Program-made: the position numbers and the translations under genes | In this document: in pieces, positions 20,230-30,230 of the stretch | Layout of the letters: every line of letters begins with the position of its first letter | How positions within the stretch are numbered: position 1 is the stretch's first letter | NCBI RefSeq assembly: GCF_001746915.2 | Contig: NZ_CM124774.1 | Span: 2,078,707 to 2,118,706, forward strand | From: Desertifilum tharense IPPAS B-1220 | Lineage (GTDB): Bacteria; Cyanobacteriota; Cyanobacteriia; Cyanobacteriales; Desertifilaceae | Length of the DNA: 40,000 bases | Direction: 5' to 3' | Notes under the pieces: generated by a model | Seen by the model: the letters and a program-made list of their open reading frames with translations, nothing else | Told to the model about the DNA's origin: nothing | The model's database searches: none

Positions 20230-21660
20230 TTAAGCTTGATAGGTTTGCAGATATTGGTCGTAAAACGCTCTGGCTACGGTTTCAATTACGTCATAGGCTT
20301 CAACTGATTGAATTCCAGCTTTTTGCAACTCGGTTTGCGGACAGTGACCGATCTTAGACACCAACACCGCTTTGCAATCGCCGATCGTTTGGATAATGTT
20401 GTCTAAGGTGGCTTCCTCGCCGTAACCGCTTTGGCAATAATGGTCAATCTTGCGATGACCGACAAACCGCGCTTCGTTGGCATCCACTTCGTAAATCATG
20501 AATTCCTTAGCATGACCGAAGTGTTGATTGACTAAGCCGCCGCCTTTGGTTGCCACTGCCACTAGGACTTTCGGACTATCAACCACTGGGGTAGCAGCCG
20601 TGACAGCCGCTTTGGCCCGTTTGAGTTCGGCTTTGAATTTCTCAATCCCAGCATGGACTTCTCGCCGCGTCTCCAGGTTGTACTCTGGTGCCATTTCCTT
20701 GAATTTGTCTTTGGTAAATTCTTGGGAACGGTCTTCTCCAAGCAGTCCCACGGCATCAGCGCGACATTGGCGGCAGTGGCGCATCATTTTCATGTTGCCA
20801 GAACAACTATCTTGAACGGCTTTCAGTTCCTTGGGGTTAGGGCCGCGCTGTCCGGTTAAGCCGAAGTGGGTGCCGTGTTCGGGGGCGGAAATCAGGGGCA
20901 TAATATTGTGGAGGAATGCGCCTTTTTCCCGAATCACCTGATTGACTTCTACGAGGTGTTGGTCGTTGATGCCGGGAATCATCACGGAGTTAACTTTACA
21001 AAGAATATCGGCTTCTTTTAAGGCTTGCAGGCCTTCCATTTGCCGTTCGTGCAAGATGCGGGCAGCTTCTAAGCCTCTGTAGCGCTTGCGCTTGTAGTGA
21101 ACCCAAGGATAGATTTGGGTGCCAATCTCTGGATCGACCATATTAATCGTGATCGTGACATGATCGATGTTGAGTTGTTTGATGCGATCGACGTATTCCG
21201 GCAGCATCAGACCGTTGGTTGACAGACAGAGTTTGATGTCGGGGGCTTGGTCGGCAATCAGTTCAAAGGTGCGAAAGGTCTTTTCGGGGTTGGCTAGCGG
21301 ATCGCCGGGGCCTGCGATGCCCAGAACGGTCATCTGGGGGATTTTTCCGGCAATGACGAGAACTTTGTGTGCGGCTTCTTCTGGGGTGAGGAGTTCGCTG
21401 ACAACACCAGGGCGGCTTTCGTTAGCGCAGTCGTATTTGCGGTTGCAGTAGTTGCATTGAATGTTACAAGCAGGAGCAACGGCAACGTGCATCCGGGCGT
21501 AGTGGTGATGCGCTTCTTCGCTGTAGCACGGATGTTTTTCAATCCGTTCCCGCATTTTGGCGTCAATGGCGTCGGCGGTGTTGGTGCTGCTACTGCTGCA
21601 AGCGCAATTCCCGGTTTTTTGAGTAGGTGGAGTGAGGAGCGTTGTGGGTGGTGGTGTCAT
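20230..21660 (-). CDS. nifB: NifB radical-SAM FeMo-cofactor biosynthesis protein
   Basis: 476 aa. Radical SAM motif [15 protein letters not shown] and a C-terminal NifX-like domain ([26 protein letters not shown]). Confidence 0.95.
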   Translation of the reverse strand: MTPPPTTLLTPPTQKTGNCACSSSSTNTADAIDAKMRERIEKHPCYSEEAHHHYARMHVAVAPACNIQCNYCNRKYDCANESRPGVVSELLTPEEAAHKVLVIAGKIPQMTVLGIAGPGDPLANPEKTFRTFELIADQAPDIKLCLSTNGLMLPEYVDRIKQLNIDHVTITINMVDPEIGTQIYPWVHYKRKRYRGLEAARILHERQMEGLQALKEADILCKVNSVMIPGINDQHLVEVNQVIREKGAFLHNIMPLISAPEHGTHFGLTGQRGPNPKELKAVQDSCSGNMKMMRHCRQCRADAVGLLGEDRSQEFTKDKFKEMAPEYNLETRREVHAGIEKFKAELKRAKAAVTAATPVVDSPKVLVAVATKGGGLVNQHFGHAKEFMIYEVDANEARFVGHRKIDHYCQSGYGEEATLDNIIQTIGDCKAVLVSKIGHCPQTELQKAGIQSVEAYDVIETVARAFYDQYLQTYQA

Positions 21661-21919
21661 CGAATTTCCAATGAATTAGGTGAGCATACCGCCACTGTGG
21701 AGATGCTTGGGCATCACTCCACTCACTTCAACTCCGCGATGAGCGCTAATCAAAATCTGCGTTCTCGATTGGAGGACTAGTGACTGGCGTTAGTAGGGTT
21801 ATACCAGCCCTCCTCGGCGCGTTACCTGCTAGGTCGCCGATCAGAATTATTGGAATATTAGGAATGTACTCAGCGGCTCTATTGCTGATTCTGCCGACGT
21901 TTAAATTTTCTTTAGGGTC

Positions 21920-21956
21920 GGGGTGCGAGTATTTTTAATAAGAGGGACGAGTATTT
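21920..21956 (-). promoter_or_regulatory. Bipartite 37-bp direct-repeat element facing nifB (candidate activator/CnfR site)
   Basis: The minus strand reads AAATACTCGTCCCTC-ttattaa-AAATACTCGCACCCC, with half-sites 22 bp apart. The proximal edge is 260 bp upstream of the nifB ATG. About 33/42 positions match the element at 22427. Confidence 0.5.
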
Positions 21957-22043
21957 ATGAGGGTGGGGGACTGGCTTTCTTGCACTCAGTTGAAAACAAG
22001 AGAGCGCAAGCAATGGAACGGAATTTTTACTTTTTATTCAAAA

Positions 22044-22057
22044 GTAGATTGGGGTAC
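22044..22057. promoter_or_regulatory. NtcA-consensus site GTA-N8-TAC
   Basis: GTAGATTGGGGTAC matches GTAN8TAC exactly. No properly spaced TAN3T -10 box was found on either side. Confidence 0.3.
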
Positions 22058-22426
22058 TCAAACTGAGAGGAAACCTCTGCTTGAGTTGCTTCCTAAATTC
22101 TTCTTAATTTATTTCTGTGTTTAATTTAGCACTTTCACGTTTTATTTTGCAACTTTAGATACTTTTCGGAAAATTTAAGATTTAGTCCAAGGGATTATTG
22201 GTATCATAAGCAACATAAAAGGCGGGCGATCGCAGTTCTCCCAATCTCAGCAAAGCGCCCACCCCAATAAAGGTTGTCAGAGCAAGCACAAGGTCTAAGT
22301 CGGCAGCCATGCAGCGACCCAATTGAGTACAAAGTTTGACTCAACTAGCTCCCTGCTAAAATGCCCTCAAAGCTTGCTAGGACTTGAGTTTGGCTTGAGT
22401 GTAAAATTACAAGCCCCCTTTGTTGT

Positions 22427-22463
22427 AAATACTTGTCCCCCTGAATTAAAATACTTGTCCCCC
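22427..22463 (+). promoter_or_regulatory. Bipartite 37-bp direct-repeat element facing nifP (candidate activator/CnfR site)
   Basis: AAATACTTGTCCCCC-tgaatta-AAATACTTGTCCCCC, with half-sites 22 bp apart. The distal edge is 157 bp upstream of the nifP ATG. It is the inverted counterpart of 21920-21956. Confidence 0.5.
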
Positions 22464-22619
22464 CACCCTCAAACAAACTTGAAAGCTTTAAGTTTTAAGC
22501 CTTTTCGGGACTGAGTACAGCTTTAATACTTCTAATAAATTCAATTCACAAAAATCAAAAGTTGGGTAAAAGGCATCTGATATACAAAAGACACGACTCG
22601 CCTTCAACCCGAAACAGCA

Positions 22620-23393
22620 ATGGTACAGATCGACGAGCATCTCTTCACTCAGAAAGCAACAGTCATTCAACAAACACTGGCGACAGCGATCGCTCGCACC
22701 AAATCCAGTTTGGACGCTTTGCTTTCCCTGATGACGCCCCTGCAATCTTCTCCCCTAGTAGAAGATTTCCGAATGATTTTTGAGCGAGATCCGGCTGCTC
22801 GTCACTGGTTAGAAGTTCTCTGTTGTTATCCGGGGTTCCACGCGCTCATCAGCTATCGGTTTGCCCACTGGCTGCATCGTCGGAATATCCCTTTCTTTCC
22901 CCGCCTCATTTCCCATCTCGGACGATTCTTCACCGGAATTGAAATCCATCCAGGAGCCGTTCTGGGTAAAGGAATTGTTATCGATCATGGCATGGGCGTC
23001 ACGATTGGAGAAACCGCGATCGTCGGAGATTATGCCCTCATCTATCAGGAAGTCACCCTAGGGGGTACGGGCAAAGAGAGCGGGAAACGGCATCCCACCA
23101 TCGGGGATCGCGTTGTCATTGGGGCGGGAGCCAAGATCCTCGGTAATATTCGCATTGGTCACTCTGCTCGCATTGGTGCAGGTTCTGTTGTTCTGCGAGA
23201 TGTCCCCAACCATTGTACGGCAGTCGGCGTGCCGAGTCGGAACTGCTGCCGCACGCCCAAGAGCGATCGCGCTTCAGAACCCGAAACGACATTGGATTCA
23301 ATTCGCCGCCTTGCAGATCGAATTGAAAATCTAGAACGACAATTGCAAACCTTAACACTTTCTCAGAGCCAAAACCATGCAAACGCCTCTTAA
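22620..23393 (+). CDS. cysE: Serine O-acetyltransferase, nif-cluster copy (NifP/CysE)
   Basis: 257 aa. ...[31 protein letters not shown]... followed by hexapeptide repeats ([26 protein letters not shown]..., [26 protein letters not shown]). Confidence 0.85.
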   Translation: MVQIDEHLFTQKATVIQQTLATAIARTKSSLDALLSLMTPLQSSPLVEDFRMIFERDPAARHWLEVLCCYPGFHALISYRFAHWLHRRNIPFFPRLISHLGRFFTGIEIHPGAVLGKGIVIDHGMGVTIGETAIVGDYALIYQEVTLGGTGKESGKRHPTIGDRVVIGAGAKILGNIRIGHSARIGAGSVVLRDVPNHCTAVGVPSRNCCRTPKSDRASEPETTLDSIRRLADRIENLERQLQTLTLSQSQNHANAS

Positions 23394-23628
23394 ATGTCAG
23401 CTCTTGGTTTCCCGGTGCGATCGCTGGCGCATCCACCATCGCTTGCAAGAATTAAGCATCGTCTGCTCTTGTCCCGCCGACGGTTCGCTGCAAGTCGAAG
23501 TGCATCATGGCATTGATTTAATTCTAGTTCGCAGTACCGTTCAGCAATTTACCGCCTCTCGTCAAGAACTGGTGAGTTGGTTAGAACGATGCTGGCTTGC
23601 TTCTACAGAAAAAACAGCTTGCTCTTAA
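23377..23628 (+). CDS. Small conserved nif-cluster protein (resembles what I recall as the Asr1405/Asl0597 family)
   Basis: 83 aa with an ATG start. It overlaps the nifP 3' end by 17 nt and lies between nifP and dps, as in other cyanobacterial nif clusters. Confidence 0.5.
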   Translation: MQTPLKCQLLVSRCDRWRIHHRLQELSIVCSCPADGSLQVEVHHGIDLILVRSTVQQFTASRQELVSWLERCWLASTEKTACS

Positions 23629-23660
23629 GCCTAGTTAAGCCCTTATAACGGAGTACGTCT

Positions 23661-24206
23661 ATGACATCATTACAGGCAACGGTACAAGAATTCGGTCAAG
23701 TCGGAGAAAACCCCATTGGTTTAGACTTAGAAGCGACAGTCGCCATTTGTGAAGGTCTGAATTTGGTCTTTGCTAGTTTTCAAGGCCTTTACTTGCAATA
23801 CCAGAAACATCACTTCGTTATTGAAGGGGCAGAATTTTACTCCCTGCATGAGTTTTTCCAAGAAGGCTATGAAGCCGTTAAAGATCACGCGCACGATCTA
23901 GCAGAACGCCTCAATGGGTTAGGAGGCGTTCCAGCGGCCAGTTTTGACAAACTCGCAGAACTCTGCTGTTTTACCTCCGAACCCGATGGAATTTGCACGG
24001 CGCGTCAAATGGTTGAAAACGATCTGCAAGCCGAACAAAGCATCATTGAAATGATTCGGCGACAAGCATCGCAAGCCGAGAGTTTAGGCGATCGCGCTAC
24101 CCGCTATCTCTACGAACAAATCTTGCTGAAAACCGAAGATCGCGCCTTTCATCTAGCCCATTTCCTCGCCGCCGATAGCTTAGTTCTCAGTTTCCTACCC
24201 GACTAA
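23661..24206 (+). CDS. dps: Dps-family ferritin-like DNA-binding/iron-detoxifying protein
   Basis: 181 aa. ...[42 protein letters not shown]... is the Dps ferroxidase-site helix pattern. Confidence 0.85.
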   Translation: MTSLQATVQEFGQVGENPIGLDLEATVAICEGLNLVFASFQGLYLQYQKHHFVIEGAEFYSLHEFFQEGYEAVKDHAHDLAERLNGLGGVPAASFDKLAELCCFTSEPDGICTARQMVENDLQAEQSIIEMIRRQASQAESLGDRATRYLYEQILLKTEDRAFHLAHFLAADSLVLSFLPD

Positions 24207-24216
24207 GCGTTTCTAA

Positions 24217-24535
24217 GTGCTGAGTGTAAAGTGCTGAGTGCTGAGTGGGAAGAGGGTGGGGGAAGTGAGTGCTGAGTGTAAAGTGCTGAGTGCTGAGTGG
24301 GAAAGAGGGTAGGGGAAAGAGTGCAAAGTTCCGAGTTCCGTAGCTTGCTTCCGCGTAGCGGTGTTCCTAGTAGGAAGACAGTGCTGAGTTAATCGTTACC
24401 AAGTTTTCCTAACTCCTCTTCCCCCAACTCCTAACTCCCAATTCCCAACTCCCTTCTTCCCCCCACCTCCCCATCCCCCCACCTCCTCTTCCCCCAACTC
24501 CCAACTCCCAATTCCCAACCCCCTTCTCCCCTGGA
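24217..24535 (+). repeat. Mosaic repeat copy in the dps-nifV spacer
   Basis: 2 x GTGCTGAGTGTAAAGTGCTGAGTGCTGAGTGGGAAGAGGGTGGGGG, then AGTGCAAAGTTCCGAGTTCCGTAGCTTGCTTCCGCGTAGCGGTGTTCC, then C-rich CTCCTAACTCCCAATTCCCAACTCCC modules. It begins 10 nt after the dps stop. Confidence 0.9.
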
Positions 24536-24542
24536 GGTCATT

Positions 24543-24668
24543 ATGCTAGCCACCTTTAGCGTTCTGTGTTTCTTCTTGATGTATATGTTTGCCCATGCTT
24601 ATGTCTTGGACAGACTTCTAAAAGATACTGCTCAGTCTACTAAGTATTCCCATCCCATCCAACGATAA
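24543..24668 (+). CDS. Candidate 41-aa single-TM peptide upstream of nifV (unsupported by homology)
   Basis: ATG preceded by GGAGG (24533-24537, 5-nt spacer). Translation: MLATFSVLCFFLMYMFAHAYVLDRLLKDTAQSTKYSHPIQR. Below the ORF-track length cutoff. Confidence 0.25.
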   Translation: MLATFSVLCFFLMYMFAHAYVLDRLLKDTAQSTKYSHPIQR

Positions 24669-24714
24669 CGATTTGTGATGCGCCTAGCTTGATACACAAA
24701 GTTGAGACAACACC

Positions 24715-25869
24715 ATGAACGAACCCGCGAACACTCAGTCGATTCAAATTAATGACACAACCCTGCGAGATGGCGAACAGGCGGCAGGTGTGGCATTTAA
24801 TGTAGAGGAGAAGATCGCGATCGCGAAATTTCTCGATTGCATAGGCGTGCAAGAATTAGAGGTTGGGATTCCCGCAATGGGCCACCAGGAAGCCGAGGCG
24901 ATTAAAGCGATCGCCGATTTAGGATTAAACGCCCAATTGCTTGGTTGGAATCGTGCTAATGCTGCTGATATTAAAGCCTCAGTGGCGTGCGGACTCAAGC
25001 GGGTTCATGTTTCTGTCCCCGTTTCCGAAATTCAAATTGCAGCCAAGTTTCACGGACAATGGCAAGTTATGCTCGATCGGCTGCGAGATATCATTCACTT
25101 TGCCTTAGATTGCGGCTTATCCGTCTCTGTGGGCGGTGAAGACTCTTCTAGGGCCGATCCGCTATTTCTCCGGGATGTGGCTTGTTATGCCCAAAGTTTA
25201 GGCGCATTTCGCTTCCGTTTCTGCGATACCGTTGGCATTCTCGATCCGCTAACCACCTTTCAGAAGGTGCAACAACTCGTGCAATATCTCCAGATTCCTG
25301 TAGAAATGCACACTCACAACGATTTGGGGTTAGCCACAGCCAATGCTTTAGCCGGAATTCAAGCGGGGGCCTTATCGGTGAATACCACCGTTAATGGTTT
25401 GGGAGAACGGGCGGGAAATGCGGCGTTAGAAGAAGTGGTGATGGCTCTCAAGCGCATTTACAACATTAATTTGGGAGTGAATACTAAACGGTTGCTGGAA
25501 CTGTCGCGTTTGGTGGCGAGTGCGTCTCGCTGTCCGGTTCCCCCCTGGAAAGCGGTGGTGGGTGAAAATGCCTTTGTTCACGAGTCGGGAATTCATGCTC
25601 ATGGCGTTCTGCATAACCCGGTGACGTATCAACCCTTCGATCCGGCTGAGGTGGGTTGGGAACATCGGTTTGTGGTGGGTAAACATTCGGGCCGCCACTT
25701 GTTACAGAAGGTGTTGCAAGGATATGGGGTAACGCTCAATCCCGATGAAACTCAAGCGGTTCTGCAAGCTGTGCGCGATCGCTCTGTACAAGTTAAGCGC
25801 AACCTCACCCCCGATGAGCTTTTAAGTTTAGTCCCATCTGCTAGGAGTGCTATTTATGCAACCCGATGA
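24715..25869 (+). CDS. nifV: Homocitrate synthase NifV
   Basis: 384 aa. [33 protein letters not shown]. Confidence 0.92.
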   Translation: MNEPANTQSIQINDTTLRDGEQAAGVAFNVEEKIAIAKFLDCIGVQELEVGIPAMGHQEAEAIKAIADLGLNAQLLGWNRANAADIKASVACGLKRVHVSVPVSEIQIAAKFHGQWQVMLDRLRDIIHFALDCGLSVSVGGEDSSRADPLFLRDVACYAQSLGAFRFRFCDTVGILDPLTTFQKVQQLVQYLQIPVEMHTHNDLGLATANALAGIQAGALSVNTTVNGLGERAGNAALEEVVMALKRIYNINLGVNTKRLLELSRLVASASRCPVPPWKAVVGENAFVHESGIHAHGVLHNPVTYQPFDPAEVGWEHRFVVGKHSGRHLLQKVLQGYGVTLNPDETQAVLQAVRDRSVQVKRNLTPDELLSLVPSARSAIYATR

Positions 25870-26113
25870 GTTAGAACTCAATTTACCGCCTTATTTTGAA
25901 ATTGGCGAAAAGGTACGCACGCGGAAATTGATCCGCAACGATGGCACATTCCCCGGTCAAGATATTGGTGCAACGTTAGCCAAAAAAGGCGATGTGGGAT
26001 ATGTCATTAGTATCGGGACTTTCTTGCAGTCTTCCTATATCTATGCGGTGCATTTTCTCGAACGGGGATTTGTCGTTGGCTGTCGCCGTAAGGAATTAGA
26101 ACTCGTTGAATAA
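25856..26113 (+). CDS. nifZ: NifZ
   Basis: The ATG at 25856 (GGAG 8 nt upstream) gives 85 aa: [34 protein letters not shown]...GYVISIG...YAVHF. It overlaps nifV by 14 nt. Confidence 0.85.
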   Translation: MQPDELELNLPPYFEIGEKVRTRKLIRNDGTFPGQDIGATLAKKGDVGYVISIGTFLQSSYIYAVHFLERGFVVGCRRKELELVE

Positions 26114-26227
26114 GGTCACAAACCCTTTTTATTGATGACTCAGAAAATATGGCTGTCATCTTGAAAGCTAGGAATAAAGGAACGCATTCAGACGGGTAAT
26201 CGATCGACAACTCAGGTGAAAACAAAT

Positions 26228-26431
26228 ATGAAAGTTATGCTACGTCGCAATCCATCCGGAACATTACTCGTCTATGTTGCTAAGAAAGATTTGGAAGAAG
26301 AAGTGATTTCGGAAAGCGATACGGATGAAGGAAAGCATTTTGTGCTGGCGAATGGTTGGGAACTGTTAGCCCCTGATTTATCCGATCCGCTGAAGTTACC
26401 GCAGACAGTTGAAATGAGACGACTTGCTTAG
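26228..26431 (+). CDS. nifT: NifT/FixU
   Basis: The ATG at 26228 gives 67 aa: MKVMLRRNPSGTLLVYVAKKDLEEEVIS...GWEL. Confidence 0.85.
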   Translation: MKVMLRRNPSGTLLVYVAKKDLEEEVISESDTDEGKHFVLANGWELLAPDLSDPLKLPQTVEMRRLA

Positions 26432-26444
26432 ATTTGGGAAATTG

Positions 26445-26471
26445 CCCCTAAATGAAAGTTTAGGGGTTTTT
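26445..26471 (+). terminator. Rho-independent terminator after nifT
   Basis: CCCCTAAA-tgaaag-TTTAGGGG followed by TTTTT. Confidence 0.75.
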
Positions 26472-26477
26472 ACTTGT

Positions 26478-27194
26478 TTAATGATTGCCTTGTGCGGCTT
26501 GAATGAAGGCGGTGAAAATCCGTTGCTGTAAGGGATCGTGGGGGGACATTTCTGGATGCCATTGTAGCGCGATCGCCCAAGGATGGGTTTCGTGTTCTAA
26601 GGCTTCAATTAACCCATCGGGTGCTTTCGCACAAACTCGCCATCCTTCCGGTGCATGACTCACCGCCTGATGGTGCCAGGAAACTACCTGCACGGAAGAT
26701 TGACCTAAAACACCTCCTAAGCACGTATCTGGAAAAATGTCAACCGAATGAGAAGAAGGGGTTAAGCGTTCGACGCGATGTAAGACGGTTTCCCCAAAGA
26801 CATCGGGAATATGAGTAATGAGACTTCCCCCGCAGGCGACATTGAGAATTTCTAATCCCCGACAAATGCCTAAAATGGGTTTGTCTAGCTTCAGCAAATG
26901 ATGAGCTAAGTTTAATTCTGCGGTATCGCGATCGCGATCGGTGCCATAAATCGTCGGATGCTCCACTCCCCCATAACACTCTGGCTCAATATCCCCTCCC
27001 CCGGTTAAAATCACCCCATCGATTCGTTCTAAGATGGCTGACACATCGAGTTGCATGGGGGGTAGTAAAATCGGAATGCCTCCCGCCCGCTGAACGGCTT
27101 TACTATAGGCCGCAGGAGAACAGAAACTATTAATATCGTGGGCAACGTAGCTAGTAATTCCGATAATGGGTGAGGTAGAAGATAAAATTGCCAT
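26478..27194 (-). CDS. Class-I glutamine amidotransferase / peptidase C26 (gamma-glutamyl-GABA hydrolase-like)
   Basis: 238 aa. Nucleophile elbow ILGICRGLEILN, plus WHHQAV and ALQWHPE. Confidence 0.85.
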   Translation of the reverse strand: MAILSSTSPIIGITSYVAHDINSFCSPAAYSKAVQRAGGIPILLPPMQLDVSAILERIDGVILTGGGDIEPECYGGVEHPTIYGTDRDRDTAELNLAHHLLKLDKPILGICRGLEILNVACGGSLITHIPDVFGETVLHRVERLTPSSHSVDIFPDTCLGGVLGQSSVQVVSWHHQAVSHAPEGWRVCAKAPDGLIEALEHETHPWAIALQWHPEMSPHDPLQQRIFTAFIQAAQGNH

Positions 27195-27603
27195 CGATTG
27201 ACGGTAAAAACGCTTAAAACCTTGATTCTAGTCGAGACTGGGTTAAGCCTTGCGAGACTCACCCCAATGTTACACGACCAGAGCGATCGCGAGCAGAGTT
27301 GGGTTATACCTAACGCCCAAGCTACACCAACCCGCCTCAACCTAACCAACGTCAAAATCCTTGTACAGCCTTTTTCAGATTCGTGAAGCATACTTTCATT
27401 CAAAGTCCCCCTTTTTAAGGGGAATTTAGGGGGATCGCTCCGGATTTCATCCAATCAAAAAACGCTATATATTAACTAATCGACTTATTGTAAAAATCAG
27501 TCTCAAGGACCAAAATATTTGACCTTATTTCTTCTAAAAGTAAAGGGACGAATTGAGTTGGCGAATCGATCCAACTCATTAGAAATCAACCCTTAAAATC
27601 GCT

Positions 27604-30081
27604 ATGACAATTTCACCGATAAAACCTCAAACCCCGGCTTCAAGTACGTCTAACAACTGGGCAACTGTAGAGGAAAGTCCACTAACACCGGACGAACTGA
27701 ATAAAATCAATGCTTACTGGCGGGCTGCTAATTATTTATCGGTGGGACAAATCTATTTATTAGATAATCCGTTACTGAAAGAACCCCTAAAACTCGAACA
27801 TATCAAACCTAGATTGCTCGGTCATTGGGGAACGACACCGGGTTTAAACTTTATTTACGCTCACCTCAACCGCGTCATTAAACGAGATGACCTGGATATG
27901 ATTTATATTGCAGGGCCAGGTCATGGGGGGCCGGCTTTGGTAGCAAATGTTTACTTAGAAGGGACGTATAGCGAATATTATCCCGACATTAGCCAGGATG
28001 AGGCGGGTATGAAGGCCTTGTTTAAACAATTCTCCTTCCCCGGCGGTATTCCTAGCCATGTGGCCCCAGAAACTCCGGGTTCCATCCACGAAGGCGGCGA
28101 ACTGGGTTACGCGCTGTCTCACGCCTATGGCGCGGCGTTTGATAACCCCGATCTGATTGTCGCTTGTGTGGTGGGCGATGGGGAAGCAGAAACCGGAGCA
28201 TTAGCCACTGCTTGGCACTCTAACAAATTTCTCAACCCAATCGGCGATGGGGCTGTTTTACCGATTTTGCACCTGAATGGGTATAAAATTGCTAATCCTA
28301 CGATTTTGGCGCGTTTAACTCAACATGAGTTAGAAAGCCTGTTTGTTGGCTATGGCTATAAACCCTATTTTGTGGAAGGGTCAGATCCAGAAACCTTGCA
28401 TCAGTATATGGCGGCGACGGTGGATCGAGCGATCGCCGATATCCGTTCCATCCAGCAACAAGCGCGTACCCAGGGGTTGCAAGGTAGACCTTGTTGGCCG
28501 ATGATTATTTTGCGATCGCCCAAAGGATGGACCGGACCTGCTGAAGTGGATGGAAAGAAAACAGAAGGCTATTGGCGATCGCACCAAGTCCCTTTTTCTA
28601 ATATGGCTAATAATCCCAACCATATCGCGCTATTGGAAAACTGGATGAAGGGTTACAAACCTGAAGAACTCTTTGATAAGAACGGTACGCTTATTCCCGA
28701 ACTCGCAGAACTGGCCCCTAAAGGTCATCGTCGCATGGGCGATAACCCCCACGCCAACGGCGGTTTATTACTCAAAGCCCTAAAAATGCCTTCTTTTCAA
28801 AACTATGCGGTTGAAGTTCCCGAACCCGGAACCACGATCGCCCAGGCAACAAAGGTAATGGGTGAATTTCTGCGCGATATTATTAAACTCAATTCCCGTA
28901 GCTTTCGCTTATTCGGCCCGGATGAAACCGCCTCTAACCGCCTAAGTGCCGTATTTGAAGAGAGCGATCGCACCTGGCTAGCCCAAATGTATCCCGACGA
29001 CGATCATCTGTCTACCGACGGTCGAGTTATGGAAGTCTTAAGCGAACATACCTGTCAAGGATGGTTAGAAGGATACCTGCTAACAGGTCGTCACGGCTTA
29101 TTCTCTTGCTATGAAGCCTTTATCCACATCATCGACTCAATGTTTAACCAGCACGCCAAATGGTTGAAAACAACCAACGATATCATCTGGCGGCGTCCCA
29201 TTGCTTCCTTAACCTACCTGCTAACGTCCCATGTCTGGCGACAAGATCATAACGGCTTTTCTCACCAAGATCCCGGCTTTATTGACCATGTTGCGAACAA
29301 AAAAGCCGAAGTCATCCGCGTTTACTTACCCCCAGATGCCAATACCTTACTCTCCGTTACCGATCACTGCTTGCGGAGTTGCCAATATGTCAACGTCATC
29401 GTCGCCGGAAAGCAACCCGCCTTGCAATATCTGGATATGCCTTCAGCCATTAAACACTGTACGAAAGGAATCGGGATTTGGGAATGGGCTAGCAGCGATC
29501 GCGGTGCAGAACCTGACTTGGTGATGGCTTGTGCGGGCGATGTTCCCACAATGGAAACCTTAGCAGCAGTCGATCTCCTCAGACAACATTTCCCAGAACT
29601 CAAGGTGCGCGTCGTCAATATCGTAGACTTAATGAAGTTGCAGCCCGAAAGCGAACATCCCCACGGCTTAAGCGATAAAGACTTTGATGCCATCTTCACG
29701 ACAGATAAACCGATTATTTTTGCCTATCATGGTTATCCTTGGCTGATTCATCGCTTGACCTATCGCCGGACTAACCACCATAACTTGCACGTTCGCGGCT
29801 ATAAGGAAGAAGGCACCACAACAACGCCGTTTGATATGGTGGTCTTGAATGAGTTAGACCGCTTTCACCTGGTTATGGATGCGATCGATCGCGTTCCTCA
29901 ACTGGGTTATGCGGCGGCGTATATCAAGCAAATGCTGCAAGATCGCTTAATTGAACACCAGCAATATGTCCGCCAGCATGGAGACGATCTCCCAGAGATC
30001 CGCAACTGGAAATGGCCCTACAGCAGTCCCGCAAACGCTAGCAATGGGGAGTCTGAGAGTCATTCCTCGCCATCTCATTAA
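27604..30081 (+). CDS. xfp: Phosphoketolase (xylulose-5-P/fructose-6-P)
   Basis: 825 aa. ...[20 protein letters not shown]...[10 protein letters not shown]...[15 protein letters not shown]...GDGEAETG. Confidence 0.95.
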   Translation: MTISPIKPQTPASSTSNNWATVEESPLTPDELNKINAYWRAANYLSVGQIYLLDNPLLKEPLKLEHIKPRLLGHWGTTPGLNFIYAHLNRVIKRDDLDMIYIAGPGHGGPALVANVYLEGTYSEYYPDISQDEAGMKALFKQFSFPGGIPSHVAPETPGSIHEGGELGYALSHAYGAAFDNPDLIVACVVGDGEAETGALATAWHSNKFLNPIGDGAVLPILHLNGYKIANPTILARLTQHELESLFVGYGYKPYFVEGSDPETLHQYMAATVDRAIADIRSIQQQARTQGLQGRPCWPMIILRSPKGWTGPAEVDGKKTEGYWRSHQVPFSNMANNPNHIALLENWMKGYKPEELFDKNGTLIPELAELAPKGHRRMGDNPHANGGLLLKALKMPSFQNYAVEVPEPGTTIAQATKVMGEFLRDIIKLNSRSFRLFGPDETASNRLSAVFEESDRTWLAQMYPDDDHLSTDGRVMEVLSEHTCQGWLEGYLLTGRHGLFSCYEAFIHIIDSMFNQHAKWLKTTNDIIWRRPIASLTYLLTSHVWRQDHNGFSHQDPGFIDHVANKKAEVIRVYLPPDANTLLSVTDHCLRSCQYVNVIVAGKQPALQYLDMPSAIKHCTKGIGIWEWASSDRGAEPDLVMACAGDVPTMETLAAVDLLRQHFPELKVRVVNIVDLMKLQPESEHPHGLSDKDFDAIFTTDKPIIFAYHGYPWLIHRLTYRRTNHHNLHVRGYKEEGTTTTPFDMVVLNELDRFHLVMDAIDRVPQLGYAAAYIKQMLQDRLIEHQQYVRQHGDDLPEIRNWKWPYSSPANASNGESESHSSPSH

Positions 30082-30230
30082 GTGCTGAGTGTAAAGTGCT
30101 GAGTGCTGAGTGAGAAGTAAGTGCTGAGTGTAAAGTGCTGAGTGCTGAGTAAGTTCCGAGTTCCGAGTTCCGAGTTCCGAGTTCCGAGTCGGGAAGAGAG
30201 TGCTGAGTTAATAGTTACCAAGTTTTCCTG
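30082..30230 (+). repeat. Mosaic repeat copy starting at the xfp stop (GTGCTGA and GTTCCGA heptamer modules)
   Basis: TAA|GTGCTGAGTGTAAAGTGCTGAGTGCTGAGTGAGAAGTAAGTGCTGAGTGTAAAGTGCTGAGTGCTGAGTAA, then 5 x GTTCCGA in tandem, then GGGAAGAGAGTGCTGAGTTAATAGTTACCAAG. Confidence 0.92.

Noticed and set aside
22323-22745. ORFs 22323..22514 (+), 22488..22745 (-) and 22562..22783 (+) in and around the nifB-nifP control region
   Set aside because: They have non-ATG or weak starts, overlap the nifP start or the regulatory repeats, and show no recognisable family. They are treated as non-coding.
27029-27454. 141-aa ORF (-) upstream of and overlapping the amidotransferase gene
   Set aside because: It overlaps the 5' end of the well-supported amidotransferase CDS in another frame. 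The upstream part is intergenic repeat sequence (CCCCCTTTTTAAGGGGAATTTAGGGGGATC type).
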